Shown: positions 9,721-18,907, counted from the stretch's first letter. The stretch: DNA of 46,853 bases from Candidatus Bathyarchaeia archaeon (GCA_050012255.1 JBEKHN010000017.1:1-46853); one strand, 5' to 3'. Notes: generated by a model not told the origin, from the letters alone. Numbers and translations are program-made.

Positions 9721-10122
9721 TTAGGAAGCCGGTCTTTTTTGAGCGTATTGGTACCTGCGTGGTTTTCCTTCTCTCGTCAAGACGCCGTCCTTGACCAAGT
9801 CGATCAAGGCATGGGCGACCGCCGTCCGGTCATAGTGGAAGCCCCGTCTTGCCAACTCGCTGTGCACCTCGCTTAGGCCCTTGGCAACTGCGAACCAGCC
9901 TTCCTCCCACAGCTTCTGAATTATGCCCTTGCAGGTTTCAGCCCTTGGCCGCTGGGCAGACCTCTCCATCATTAGAGGAGTCTCTCTCAACCTCTCAGTC
10001 ACAGTTGAGAGAATCTTGTCTACAGTCGGTTGCAGCTGATCTTCTTGGCACTCAATCTCGAACTCTATTTCACCTATCTTCATCTTCAACCGTATCGGCT
10101 GTTTTGCTTCTCTCTCTGTCAA
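9721..10122 (-). CDS. Hypothetical protein D: beta-hairpin-helix + winged-helix-like domain
   Basis: IRLKMKIGEIEFEIEC...; GLSEVHSELARRG..AVAHALIDLVKDGVLTREGKPRRYQY. Start moved to TTG 10122, which follows an AAGGTGA RBS. Confidence 0.75.
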   Translation of the reverse strand: MTEREAKQPIRLKMKIGEIEFEIECQEDQLQPTVDKILSTVTERLRETPLMMERSAQRPRAETCKGIIQKLWEEGWFAVAKGLSEVHSELARRGFHYDRTAVAHALIDLVKDGVLTREGKPRRYQYAQKRPAS

Positions 10123-10141
10123 GGGCTCACCTTGTTGTTTA

Positions 10142-10169
10142 TTGTGTTGTACATCTTGTACATGCACAA
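10142..10169. promoter_or_regulatory. Tandem TTGTACAT repeats inside an imperfect palindrome (TTGTG..TGTACA-TCT-TGTACA..CACAA)
   Basis: ttgtgttgtacatcttgtacatgcacaa read directly in the divergent intergenic region between gene D and nurA, just before a TTAAAT box. Confidence 0.45.
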
Positions 10170-10215
10170 CACTTAAATATGTCCTCCTCAAACAATTGGC
10201 TATTGGTGAATCTTT

Positions 10216-11289
10216 GTGATTGCACAATACCCTATTGCAACAACACCAAAATATAACTTTCCACAACCTGCAATGGACACCACGCTCCCACACCAGTTCA
10301 CCAGACTTAGTTTGTATTCGTTAAGTCACCGACACAATCACTACTTTCAACAAAAGGAGCAATTAATTCAACAAGTCAGCACAGAGGAAACCTTCCAAAC
10401 ACTAAGGCTTAAACTTGAACCCATGCTCCTCAAACCCCGACATGAGCAAACCGTTGTTGCAGCAGTAGACACGTCAACCATGAAGATCGCCGAAACAAGC
10501 GCAGGAATAGTGATTGCCGTCAGAGGCGCAAATGTCTGGAAACAAAGAGCAAACTACAGATACACTCGAATAGGCCCATTCATCTTCCAGGTAACGGAAG
10601 AAAACAAAAGAGAAGTCTACAACACCTTGGAAAGAGCATATTTAACTTCTGCACGCGAACCAGGGCACCAAAGCGCGCCGAGTCTCTTGCAGATGCCGAC
10701 ACGAATAGCAAACCTCCTCGAAAGATGGTTACAAGCGATGCTCACAAAAACCTTGAACAACGGATTGATCCTTTTCGACGGCTCCTTAACCGCTGGAACA
10801 GCAGACACGCCGACACGTCGCATGAAAGAAATTCTGAAAGATGGAAGGGAAAGAGGCAATGCTATCTTGGCTTTTTCAAAGATGACAAACCTGAGAGTCA
10901 ACGGTTCCCTCATAACAGATCTCGCGTTCGAACAAAGACCTCCATACTTGGTTGAGACCATCGGTTTGAGACTCAAGCCTCCAATGGTTCCGTTGGGAGA
11001 AGTCTACGTTGCCAAGTTAAGCAGTGGAAACTGTGCCTTCAGGCTCGACATCGACGCAGAAGTTCCTCACGAGCTGAGAGTCGAAGCGGTCGAGAGACTG
11101 CTAGGCAACGACCTGATCTCGCAGAGCTACCCCGAAACCCTCCGATTAGCTCACATCCTTTGCACATTCACAGCCAACGAAGTGCTAGCAATGCAGCACT
11201 TCATCACCCGCAAATGCGGGCTTCAGATCATCAACAGACCAGACATGCACAAACTCTTGTTCGGACCCTTCGGCAAAGGAGAGAGCTAA
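10216..11289 (+). CDS. nurA: NurA-family nuclease
   Basis: AAVDTS, LILFDGSL, AFSK and SYPETLRLAH motifs; directly upstream of a HerA-like gene. Start uncertain. Confidence 0.8.
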   Translation: MIAQYPIATTPKYNFPQPAMDTTLPHQFTRLSLYSLSHRHNHYFQQKEQLIQQVSTEETFQTLRLKLEPMLLKPRHEQTVVAAVDTSTMKIAETSAGIVIAVRGANVWKQRANYRYTRIGPFIFQVTEENKREVYNTLERAYLTSAREPGHQSAPSLLQMPTRIANLLERWLQAMLTKTLNNGLILFDGSLTAGTADTPTRRMKEILKDGRERGNAILAFSKMTNLRVNGSLITDLAFEQRPPYLVETIGLRLKPPMVPLGEVYVAKLSSGNCAFRLDIDAEVPHELRVEAVERLLGNDLISQSYPETLRLAHILCTFTANEVLAMQHFITRKCGLQIINRPDMHKLLFGPFGKGES

Positions 11290-11291
11290 TC

Positions 11292-12743
11292 ATGAAGCTC
11301 TACAAAAAAGAGGGAAATGCGATCTACGTTCTGAGTTTCCCGAACGAAACCGTCGAAAAAGGGGATTACTTGCTCGTCCAAGACGATGAAGCAAGAAGAG
11401 CCCTGATCGCGCAGGTAATCGACGTGCAGTTTGCTGCCGTTCCAGGCGTCCTAGAAGAGCTTCTCCGCAGTCTGCCAGACGGTGGAGAACTGCTTCAAGG
11501 CGAGGACATTGATCCTCTTGAAATTGCTCCACACATCACCTACATCCAAGACGCCAGCCTTCTTATCTGCAAGATCAGGGCAACCGTCGAGAACGACAGC
11601 TTGAACCCGAGTAGCTCCTGGCTTCCCTCACGCTCACAATCGACGATTAAAAAACTACCAATCTCGACACTGCTCAAGCTCGCCAAGATAAACGGAAAAC
11701 TCCCAATAGTCCTAGGCACCATGAAAGACTCCTCACTTCTAACGATAGACGCTACATCACTTGATGGAAGGCTGAACATCATAACAGGAAAAAAGGAAAC
11801 AGGCAAATCCCACCTGTCCAAGCTGTTGATGATAAACCTGTTGGACTACAAGGCCACAGTCGTCGTCTTCGACTTGAACGGTGAGTACCTCAGCCTAGGG
11901 ATAACATCTGACGGAAAAAGAAACCTCAACCATGACAAGATACATGTTTTAACGCCTTCACAGAACTTCAAGGTAGCCCTGAAACAGATGAGCCTCCACG
12001 TCTTACTCGGCATACTTGTTCACGCACTTCATCTCCCAGGCACATCTGCTCGTGAATTTAGACGCATATGGAAAGAGCTGAAACAGAGAGACAGCCTGAC
12101 GTTGCACGAGTTGGGAGAAACGATACGAAACTGGAACTGCAACCAGCACGTGCGCGACGCACTGTTCTCACGATACCACACGCTAGTAAACTCGGGCTTC
12201 TTCACAGACAACATTGCTGAGGCCGCTTTACTAGAAGAATCCTTCCTGAAAGCAAGCGAAGAAGGCGGTGCCATAATCATAAACCTGCGAAACACATCAA
12301 CGATTGACCGGCAGATAGTCGTCGAGCACATTCTTGGAAGACTCGTTGAGTCCCTGACGAACTGGAAGCTCAAGGCGGTGTTCCTCTTCGCAGAAGAAGC
12401 CCACCTCTACTTACGTGAGACTTATTGGGACGACATCGTCACCCGCATGCGCCATTTCGGCATCTTCACAACATTCATAACCAATCAACCTGACACGATA
12501 AAAGAAAACATCTATCGCCAAGCCGACAACATATTCCTCTTCAACTTCACGAACGAGCATGATTTGGACGTCGTTTCAAGAGCCTCGAGAGTAGATGCAG
12601 AAACCGTAAGATCCATAGCCAGAGACCTGCCACCGCACAATTGCCTCGTCCTCGGAAAAGCAGTGAGAGACTTTCCGATCGTTGCCAAAATCAAAGCCAT
12701 GGACGTCAAAACCATGGGTGAAACAAGACTTTTCTTCGGATGA
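11292..12743 (+). CDS. herA: HerA-family helicase/ATPase (DUF87)
   Basis: N-terminal HAS-barrel-like region, Walker A ITGKKETGKS, VFDLNGEY, Walker B FLFAEEAH, RMRHFG. ATG 11292 lies 2 nt after the nurA stop. Confidence 0.85.
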   Translation: MKLYKKEGNAIYVLSFPNETVEKGDYLLVQDDEARRALIAQVIDVQFAAVPGVLEELLRSLPDGGELLQGEDIDPLEIAPHITYIQDASLLICKIRATVENDSLNPSSSWLPSRSQSTIKKLPISTLLKLAKINGKLPIVLGTMKDSSLLTIDATSLDGRLNIITGKKETGKSHLSKLLMINLLDYKATVVVFDLNGEYLSLGITSDGKRNLNHDKIHVLTPSQNFKVALKQMSLHVLLGILVHALHLPGTSAREFRRIWKELKQRDSLTLHELGETIRNWNCNQHVRDALFSRYHTLVNSGFFTDNIAEAALLEESFLKASEEGGAIIINLRNTSTIDRQIVVEHILGRLVESLTNWKLKAVFLFAEEAHLYLRETYWDDIVTRMRHFGIFTTFITNQPDTIKENIYRQADNIFLFNFTNEHDLDVVSRASRVDAETVRSIARDLPPHNCLVLGKAVRDFPIVAKIKAMDVKTMGETRLFFG

Positions 12744-12775
12744 TTGACTAACGATCGCACATTGCATAAGCATGG

Positions 12776-13228
12776 TTATTCTTCGGGAGAAGAAATCATT
12801 TTCTCTAGTCTCTTCCTGTTCTTCTCGAAAAAGCCTCTGAAACTTTTTGTCAGATCCTTCTGTTCAACTTCGTCAAGCAGGACCCACTCAAGTTCTGCAG
12901 CGTCACTTGCGGCTCTAGCCGTTCCGCCCTTAAGCTTGACAAGGTAGTCGACTATTACGAAGTGATACTTCACCTTACCACTTTCATCCAAAGAAGCTTG
13001 GCCGACAACATCGATAAGTTCAGGCGCATCAACCACGAGGCCAGTCTCTTCTTGGACCTCTCTTATCACGCTCTGTTCGAGACTTTCACCCAGTTCAACT
13101 TTGCCCCCAGGAATGCTCCACTTACCCCTTCCGGGGTCATTTTTCCTCTTCTCAAGCAGAATCTTACCACTCTGTATGATAATTGCGCCGACGCCCACAA
13201 TCGGCCGGTTCGAGTAAAGTCTACTCAA
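12776..13228 (-). CDS. Nudix hydrolase (ADP-ribose pyrophosphatase-like)
   Basis: Nudix box GGKVELGESLEQSVIREVQEETGL; GGAGG RBS upstream. Confidence 0.9.
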   Translation of the reverse strand: MSRLYSNRPIVGVGAIIIQSGKILLEKRKNDPGRGKWSIPGGKVELGESLEQSVIREVQEETGLVVDAPELIDVVGQASLDESGKVKYHFVIVDYLVKLKGGTARAASDAAELEWVLLDEVEQKDLTKSFRGFFEKNRKRLEKMISSPEE

Positions 13229-13399
13229 GCCTTCTGAAACCTCCTGCGCACAGCTCTTTCACTGGTTTTCAGGGATTCTACGGCCTTAAGTTTTTGCGTC
13301 GCCATTTCGGATAGCCCCGAATGCGCATTGATATCTCTGCTTGCGCATACACATAAACAGTGACGGCTATGCCTGTTGGAAAGAGAACAGGAATTTCGC

Positions 13400-14074
13400 C
13401 TAGTCAATCAAAGTGCCAACATGTTTTCCTTTGATGACCATTAAGACGTTCCCGATTTTGAACCCGTTGACAACTACAACCCTGACATGATGACGCTTCA
13501 GGATCTTAACGGCTTCAGGGTCGATTATCTGATGAATGCCAGCCGCGTGCTTGCTTTGTGAGAACACTCTCGCCAAGTCTTCAAAGCTCAGATGATCGAG
13601 CTTTACCGCATCTGGGTGGTTCTTTGGGTCTTTATTATAGACACCTTCTTGATCCGTTGCTTTCAGCAGCAGGTCGGCTTTCACTTTCTCGGCAACCATC
13701 GCTGCAACGGTGTCGGTTGTCATGCCGGGCTTCAAGCCGCCCATGATGGCGACCTTTCCATTAGCGAGGCATTCTGCAGCGTCCTCCACCGTCAGCGGAA
13801 CCCTTTCACAGCCAAGGGTGCCCAGTTTTTTCATGAGAAGCTGGGCGAAGACTCTTGAGATGGAAATCGCGATTTCGTCCTGAGCTGGTTCGTCAAGTCC
13901 GACGTCCTTAGCAACAGCAATTAACTCTCTCGCCAGATTTCCCCCGCCGACAACAACGGCTAACTCATGCTTCTGCGCTTTCAATTCTCTCAAGAGATCA
14001 GCGTACTCGCGTATTAAGACCGGGTTAATTGGCGAAGCAACGACGGAACCGCCTATTCGCAGCACGATTCGCAT
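13400..14074 (-). CDS. pyrH: Uridylate kinase (archaeal type)
   Basis: IGGSV, VVGGGNLAR, GGLKPGMTTDTVAA, GVYNKDPK, GIHQIIDP. Confidence 0.92.
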   Translation of the reverse strand: MRIVLRIGGSVVASPINPVLIREYADLLRELKAQKHELAVVVGGGNLARELIAVAKDVGLDEPAQDEIAISISRVFAQLLMKKLGTLGCERVPLTVEDAAECLANGKVAIMGGLKPGMTTDTVAAMVAEKVKADLLLKATDQEGVYNKDPKNHPDAVKLDHLSFEDLARVFSQSKHAAGIHQIIDPEAVKILKRHHVRVVVVNGFKIGNVLMVIKGKHVGTLID

Positions 14075-14125
14075 AACCTTACATCCTTCACGTCTAACTA
14101 TGAAGTGGTGCGAGTTAAAAATCCT

Positions 14126-14956
14126 TCATAAAAAGCCTGTCAGGTCCTTCTGACCCTTTCCTGTCTCCATCTTGATACTTTCGCCGAAAAGAACGATCAT
14201 GCCGTCCACCGCAGAGATTGCTGGAACACCTGTCTTCTCCTGAATCAGCCTTGCCTCTTTTTCGGGTCCCCGAAGAAGCATGCTCATTCCAAGATGTGTC
14301 AAGACAGCTTGCTCAGGACGAGTTTCATCAACAATTCTTATCGCATCTTCCGTGGACATGTGGCCCTTCCAAGGTTTCCCTGAAGGCCTCATAACGCACA
14401 GAGCCAAAAGACGCACTCCTTGATAGTACTTGGCTATGCCTTCAAAGTATTCTGTGTCACTTGTGTAGGCGAAGACTCCGAACTCAGTCTCAAACCTGAA
14501 ACCAACAGCGTCAGGATCAGTGTGCCTAGCCTCTGTCGTTAAGATATTGATGCCACCGAACGCGAACTTCAGCCCCGGTGCCACTTCGATTTTTTGTTCA
14601 ACCATTTGCTGATGATACTTGGAGATCGAAACCTCACACGCGTCGCTGCCTTCCAAAACACTCTTAGGCGCAGCAAGCAAGCCCCGTCTTCTGGTCATGC
14701 CCCTCGTCATGGCCTCAACAAGCATCTCCGCATCGGTGTAATGGTCTGGATGACAATGTGAAACAAGCACAGCGTTGACACGCTGAGGGTTAAACCCTTC
14801 TTCTATCGAATGCACGAGCGCGCCGGGACCGGGGTCCAAGTGTAAATTCAGTCCTTCACCTATGATCCGAATCCCAGCGGTGCGTCGCCTTTGAGTCATC
14901 GTCACAAATCGGCCGCCGCCGGTCCCAAGAAACACTATTCGGTAATCAGGCCTCAT
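14126..14956 (-). CDS. MBL-fold metallo-hydrolase
   Basis: FLGTGGGR, LDPGPG, SHCHPDH (HxHxDH), YTSDT, LTHLG. Confidence 0.88.
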   Translation of the reverse strand: MRPDYRIVFLGTGGGRFVTMTQRRRTAGIRIIGEGLNLHLDPGPGALVHSIEEGFNPQRVNAVLVSHCHPDHYTDAEMLVEAMTRGMTRRRGLLAAPKSVLEGSDACEVSISKYHQQMVEQKIEVAPGLKFAFGGINILTTEARHTDPDAVGFRFETEFGVFAYTSDTEYFEGIAKYYQGVRLLALCVMRPSGKPWKGHMSTEDAIRIVDETRPEQAVLTHLGMSMLLRGPEKEARLIQEKTGVPAISAVDGMIVLFGESIKMETGKGQKDLTGFL

Positions 14957-15068
14957 AATTAACTAGCTTAGTTAGTCTCTGATTTTTGCCTTATGCATTT
15001 TTCGATGCGTCCGCCAAGTCTTTTTAGGATGAGCATGAAAAGAATAGGCAGAACTGTGCAGGGGAACC

Positions 15069-16004
15069 TTGTTGACCCACACCGGAACGCTGATCCTGAC
15101 GTGCGTGCCGCCCTTTGATTTCAACCTGAGTGTCATGATCTTTTCCAATGGTGACAGAAGTATCCGCAAGGGTCAAGACGGAAAATTCTGGCAAGTAATC
15201 CGAGTCGATGATAAGCTGATTCTTGTCACCGTGAAAGCCTTAGGAACCGTAGACGACTCGAAAATATCAGTTGAATTAAGATCGGATCACGAGATATCCG
15301 AGGCAGACAAAGAAAACGCCAAACAAACAGTGAGTGCCATGCTGAACCTTGATTTGGACCTTAAACCCTTCTATGAATACGCCAAGAAAGACAAAATCCT
15401 TACGAACATCATTCACAGGTTGAGAGGGCTGAAAATCCCTACAACCCCCACTGTCTTCGAAGCTCTAATCGACTCGATCACTGAACAACAGATCTCACTG
15501 ACCGTGGCACATGCTCTAGAGAGAAAACTGATTAAAACCTTTGGCAAGGCTCTCAGACTGGATGGCGAGGTGTACTATGCTTATCCAGTGCCACAGGAAT
15601 TGGCTTCCGCGAGACTTGAACAGCTGCGCAGATGCGGCTTGTCCACGAAGAAAGCGGAATACATCACTGAGGTTTCCAGAATGGTTGTCGATGGAAAGCT
15701 GGACTTGGAGGGTTTCAAACGTTATGACGATGTCCAAAGGGTCATCAGTGAACTCGACAGGATAAGGGGGATAGGACTCTGGACCGCTGAGCTCACGATA
15801 GCTAGGGGGATGCACGAGCTTGATGTTATTCCTGCTGATGATTTGGGTTTGAGAAGAATCATTTCCCACCACTATTGCGGTGATGAGAAAATCTCAGGCA
15901 TAGAAGCTCGCAAAGTCGCCGAGAGATGGGGAAAATGGAAAGGACTAGCAGCCTTCTATCTGATAGTTGCGGATGCGATGGAAAGCATGTCGGATGCGCG
16001 CTGA
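15069..16004 (+). CDS. alkA: DNA-3-methyladenine glycosylase II (HhH-GPD superfamily)
   Basis: FEALIDSITEQQIS, HhH motif IRGIGLWTAE, catalytic region PADDLGL. Confidence 0.88.
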   Translation: MLTHTGTLILTCVPPFDFNLSVMIFSNGDRSIRKGQDGKFWQVIRVDDKLILVTVKALGTVDDSKISVELRSDHEISEADKENAKQTVSAMLNLDLDLKPFYEYAKKDKILTNIIHRLRGLKIPTTPTVFEALIDSITEQQISLTVAHALERKLIKTFGKALRLDGEVYYAYPVPQELASARLEQLRRCGLSTKKAEYITEVSRMVVDGKLDLEGFKRYDDVQRVISELDRIRGIGLWTAELTIARGMHELDVIPADDLGLRRIISHHYCGDEKISGIEARKVAERWGKWKGLAAFYLIVADAMESMSDAR

Positions 16005-16046
16005 AAACGCGCCCGCTAGACGAGTCAGAACGCGAAACAGAAGATG

Positions 16047-16472
16047 TTAACCTCTCTGGCTTACTACCGTGACCATTCCTTTGTCCGCGTCCACCCTGAC
16101 AAAGTCGCCATTGCGTATAGTGTCGAACGGGTCTCTTTCCAACCTGTCTACAAGAGGCACTTTTGCTATGAACGCGCTTACGATGAGAACCGTTTCAACA
16201 TCCTTGACTATCATCGCCCTCGGAGCAAGGCCGTGTGACGCCAGCTTGAACAAGCCGTCTATCTGAACCACTGAACTGGCCTTTCCTGATGGAAATACGA
16301 GCACCTTGTTCGCAATGTTCTTTCCAGCCAGTTCATGCGTTTTCTCCCTGACGAACCCCGTCTTAGGGTCCGTGAGGTAGAAGCAGATCGGCTCATGAGA
16401 CACCAGAGCTTCGCCCTCTCCGTATCCTCCTATGATCTTGTGACACTTCAACGAGATCTCCAAGCTTCTCAT
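16047..16472 (-). CDS. Aconitase X swivelling (small) subunit, DUF126
   Basis: GEGEALVSHEPI, HELAGKNIANKVLVFPSGKASS, APRAMI. ATG 16472 overlaps the large-subunit stop. Confidence 0.85.
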   Translation of the reverse strand: MRSLEISLKCHKIIGGYGEGEALVSHEPICFYLTDPKTGFVREKTHELAGKNIANKVLVFPSGKASSVVQIDGLFKLASHGLAPRAMIVKDVETVLIVSAFIAKVPLVDRLERDPFDTIRNGDFVRVDADKGMVTVVSQRG

Positions 16473-17677
16473 CTCCTTCCCTCGACCGCAGCCTCTACGC
16501 AGTCGCGAAGTCTCGTCACCGTGACATCCCTGAATCGACGATAGTAGGCGCACTTAGGCGAGTCCGTCATGCCCACTTTGTCTTTGTACGCAACCCAGCA
16601 CGGTTCGTCTATGCACGTGTCTGCCACGATATGTCCACCTGCCTCCTCTATCACGCGTGTGTAGCCGACCTTGTCGGCCAGCAGTTTCGTCGTCGCCGAT
16701 GTGCAAACCCAGAAAGAAACGTCCCTATGCACCCTTTTTCCACTCAAAAGCCCTGCGACCTCTCCAACCTGCCTGAGCGTATAGTGTGGGCATCCAAGCT
16801 GAACGAAATCAATTCTTCCACTCGCCGCCGTTTGAAGTTCTTCACTAACCTCCTTCAGCTCACTATCTGTAACAGTGATCTTCTCCTCTGGAACATCGTC
16901 TTGAAACGCTTCATGCACCGTTGAGGCCCCGACCGTGTGCCCAGGCATATAAAACATAGTTACGGCACCGGACGTGTTGGACATCGCACAGAAGTTTATC
17001 AGCTCCTCCGTACTCGGACGTCTAGCTATTCCAATCAGCACTGGGATTCCATAACCCACAACCTTACCAACGTAATAGCCCAAGAGACTATAATCAAACT
17101 CGTCCTTCAAGGAAGCCTCAACATCGACGAGAACCGTGCCTCTTCGATTCTCCTTGAGGTGCAGCCCGTACTCAGGAGTCTTGCCGATGACTCCCGCGGC
17201 CAGCGCACTCTGAGCCGCTTCGCGATTCGTCTTTGCGCCGATGACGGAATTCACGTACGGCGTGGCGCTTGATTCGGAAAAGGCGACAGTCTCACCGTAC
17301 AACGGTATGTTTTCTGACATGTAGGGCACGCAGCTCCATGTAAGCATGGCGCCGACGCGCTTGTAGGCTTCCATAACTCTCCGAGCTACTTCAGCCTCGT
17401 CTCTCGGAATGTTGCCAAAAAGGCTGTGAAAATACCCTATGTCATAGACCGGGTTTGTGGTGGTGGGCACCGTGCATCTTGCGCCTCCATCGGCTAAGAG
17501 CTCCACGAAGTACAAGTCTCCCTCTTGGCCGCTTGAAGCAGCGTGCGCGCGACTCACAGGAATCATTTTTTCAGCGTCATACGCGTCTCCTATTGCCAAG
17601 AGTAGTTCCATCGCTTTCTGCGTTCCTGCGCCGCATTCTCCCTTGAGCATTCGCTCTTCTTCCTTGGTCAGATGCAT
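16469..17677 (-). CDS. Aconitase X catalytic (large) subunit, DUF521
   Basis: MHLTKEEERMLKGE, SCVPY, SESSA, GAKTNRE, LGCPH and DTC Fe-S ligand motifs. Confidence 0.9.
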   Translation of the reverse strand: MHLTKEEERMLKGECGAGTQKAMELLLAIGDAYDAEKMIPVSRAHAASSGQEGDLYFVELLADGGARCTVPTTTNPVYDIGYFHSLFGNIPRDEAEVARRVMEAYKRVGAMLTWSCVPYMSENIPLYGETVAFSESSATPYVNSVIGAKTNREAAQSALAAGVIGKTPEYGLHLKENRRGTVLVDVEASLKDEFDYSLLGYYVGKVVGYGIPVLIGIARRPSTEELINFCAMSNTSGAVTMFYMPGHTVGASTVHEAFQDDVPEEKITVTDSELKEVSEELQTAASGRIDFVQLGCPHYTLRQVGEVAGLLSGKRVHRDVSFWVCTSATTKLLADKVGYTRVIEEAGGHIVADTCIDEPCWVAYKDKVGMTDSPKCAYYRRFRDVTVTRLRDCVEAAVEGRR

Positions 17678-17709
17678 GCTAATTCACCTTCAAACAAGGT
17701 CATGCCCTC

Positions 17710-18654
17710 TTAGCAAAGGTTTTGCGGTTTTCCGTCAAGAAACTTTGCAACGTTGTCGACACAGATGTCCGTGCATCTTGCCTCTGCTTCGACAGTGTTG
17801 AACCCGATGTGGGGAGAAAGCACAGTGTTGCCGAGCTTGAACAGAGGATTGTTCTTTGCCGGCGGTTCATCCTCAAAAACGTCCAATCCTGCGTAGGATA
17901 GTTTTCCTGACCTCAACGCTTCAACCAGAGCCTCCTGATCTATCACCCTCCCCTGGGACGTGTTAATAATCACCGCTCCGTCTTTCATGGCTGCGATCTC
18001 CCTCTTTCCCAATAACTTCTCCGTCTCCGACGTCAACGTAACGTGCAACGTTACCACATCGCTTTCCCTCAGCAACGTCTTCAGATCAGCATAGCTCATC
18101 CCAACCGCTTCTGCTCTCTTGAGATTAGGATACTTGTCAAAGCCCAGCACGTGCATTCCGAAAACGCGGCCTATCTCAGCCACTCGGCAACCAATAGCTC
18201 CCGTGCCGACCACTCCGAGAGTCTTCCCGGCTAATTCGCTGCCAGCAAAGGGTCTCCAGTCGAATTCTCCCTCTCTGACATGCTTATTGGCTAGCGTCAG
18301 TCTTCTGACCGCCGCCAACAGCAAAGCGAAGGTGTACTCCGCGACGGCTTCCGTAGCGTAGCCTGGAACATGAGTCACCACGATTCCTCTTTCTCTTGCC
18401 GCTTCAAGGTCAGCGTAGTGGCAAGTCGTGGCCCATATCGAAATCATTTGCAGTCTCTCAGCCGAATCCATGACACTTCTGGTCAGGTTGCTCCACCCAA
18501 CTATGACCACCTCTGCCTCTCTTATTCTCTCCTTCAATTCTTCACTAGTCTTAGGCGGGTCTTCAAAAACTTCCAAGTCGCCGAGCGATCGCAATCTTTT
18601 GACATGCTTCTCTTCCAAGTAGACATGGTCTAGGACAACTATCTTCATTTTCAA
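17710..18654 (-). CDS. D-isomer-specific 2-hydroxyacid dehydrogenase family protein
   Basis: AVAEY, GKTLGVVGTGAIG, LDVFEDEP, SPHIG. Start may be ATG 18648. Confidence 0.88.
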   Translation of the reverse strand: MKMKIVVLDHVYLEEKHVKRLRSLGDLEVFEDPPKTSEELKERIREAEVVIVGWSNLTRSVMDSAERLQMISIWATTCHYADLEAARERGIVVTHVPGYATEAVAEYTFALLLAAVRRLTLANKHVREGEFDWRPFAGSELAGKTLGVVGTGAIGCRVAEIGRVFGMHVLGFDKYPNLKRAEAVGMSYADLKTLLRESDVVTLHVTLTSETEKLLGKREIAAMKDGAVIINTSQGRVIDQEALVEALRSGKLSYAGLDVFEDEPPAKNNPLFKLGNTVLSPHIGFNTVEAEARCTDICVDNVAKFLDGKPQNLC

Positions 18655-18907
18655 TCATTTCCTACCATGTGGAAAGTCACTTAAGTCTTTATTCTACAGA
18701 GAACCGGATTTTCTTGTGGCTTGCGATCGCGAATGGACATTGAAAAGGTCGATGGCACGTGAGGGTTACTTCTGATTTATGCAGCAGCACTTCAACGCTG
18801 CTCGAAACAGTTTCGCGTCTTGAGGTTGCGAGGTTGCCTTTCATAAGGCTTTTATACGTGATGACTTGAGCTATTGTGTGATTACGTTCAGAATCCAAGG
18901 TGCTCAA

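Noticed and set aside
11160-11291. N-terminal extension of herA
   Set aside because: Overlaps the nurA 3' end; ATG 11292 is the natural coupled start.
13225-13407. Short basic ORF between pyrH and the Nudix gene (possible small ribosomal protein)
   Set aside because: No match to L40e, L41e or S30e patterns that I can recognise; unsupported.
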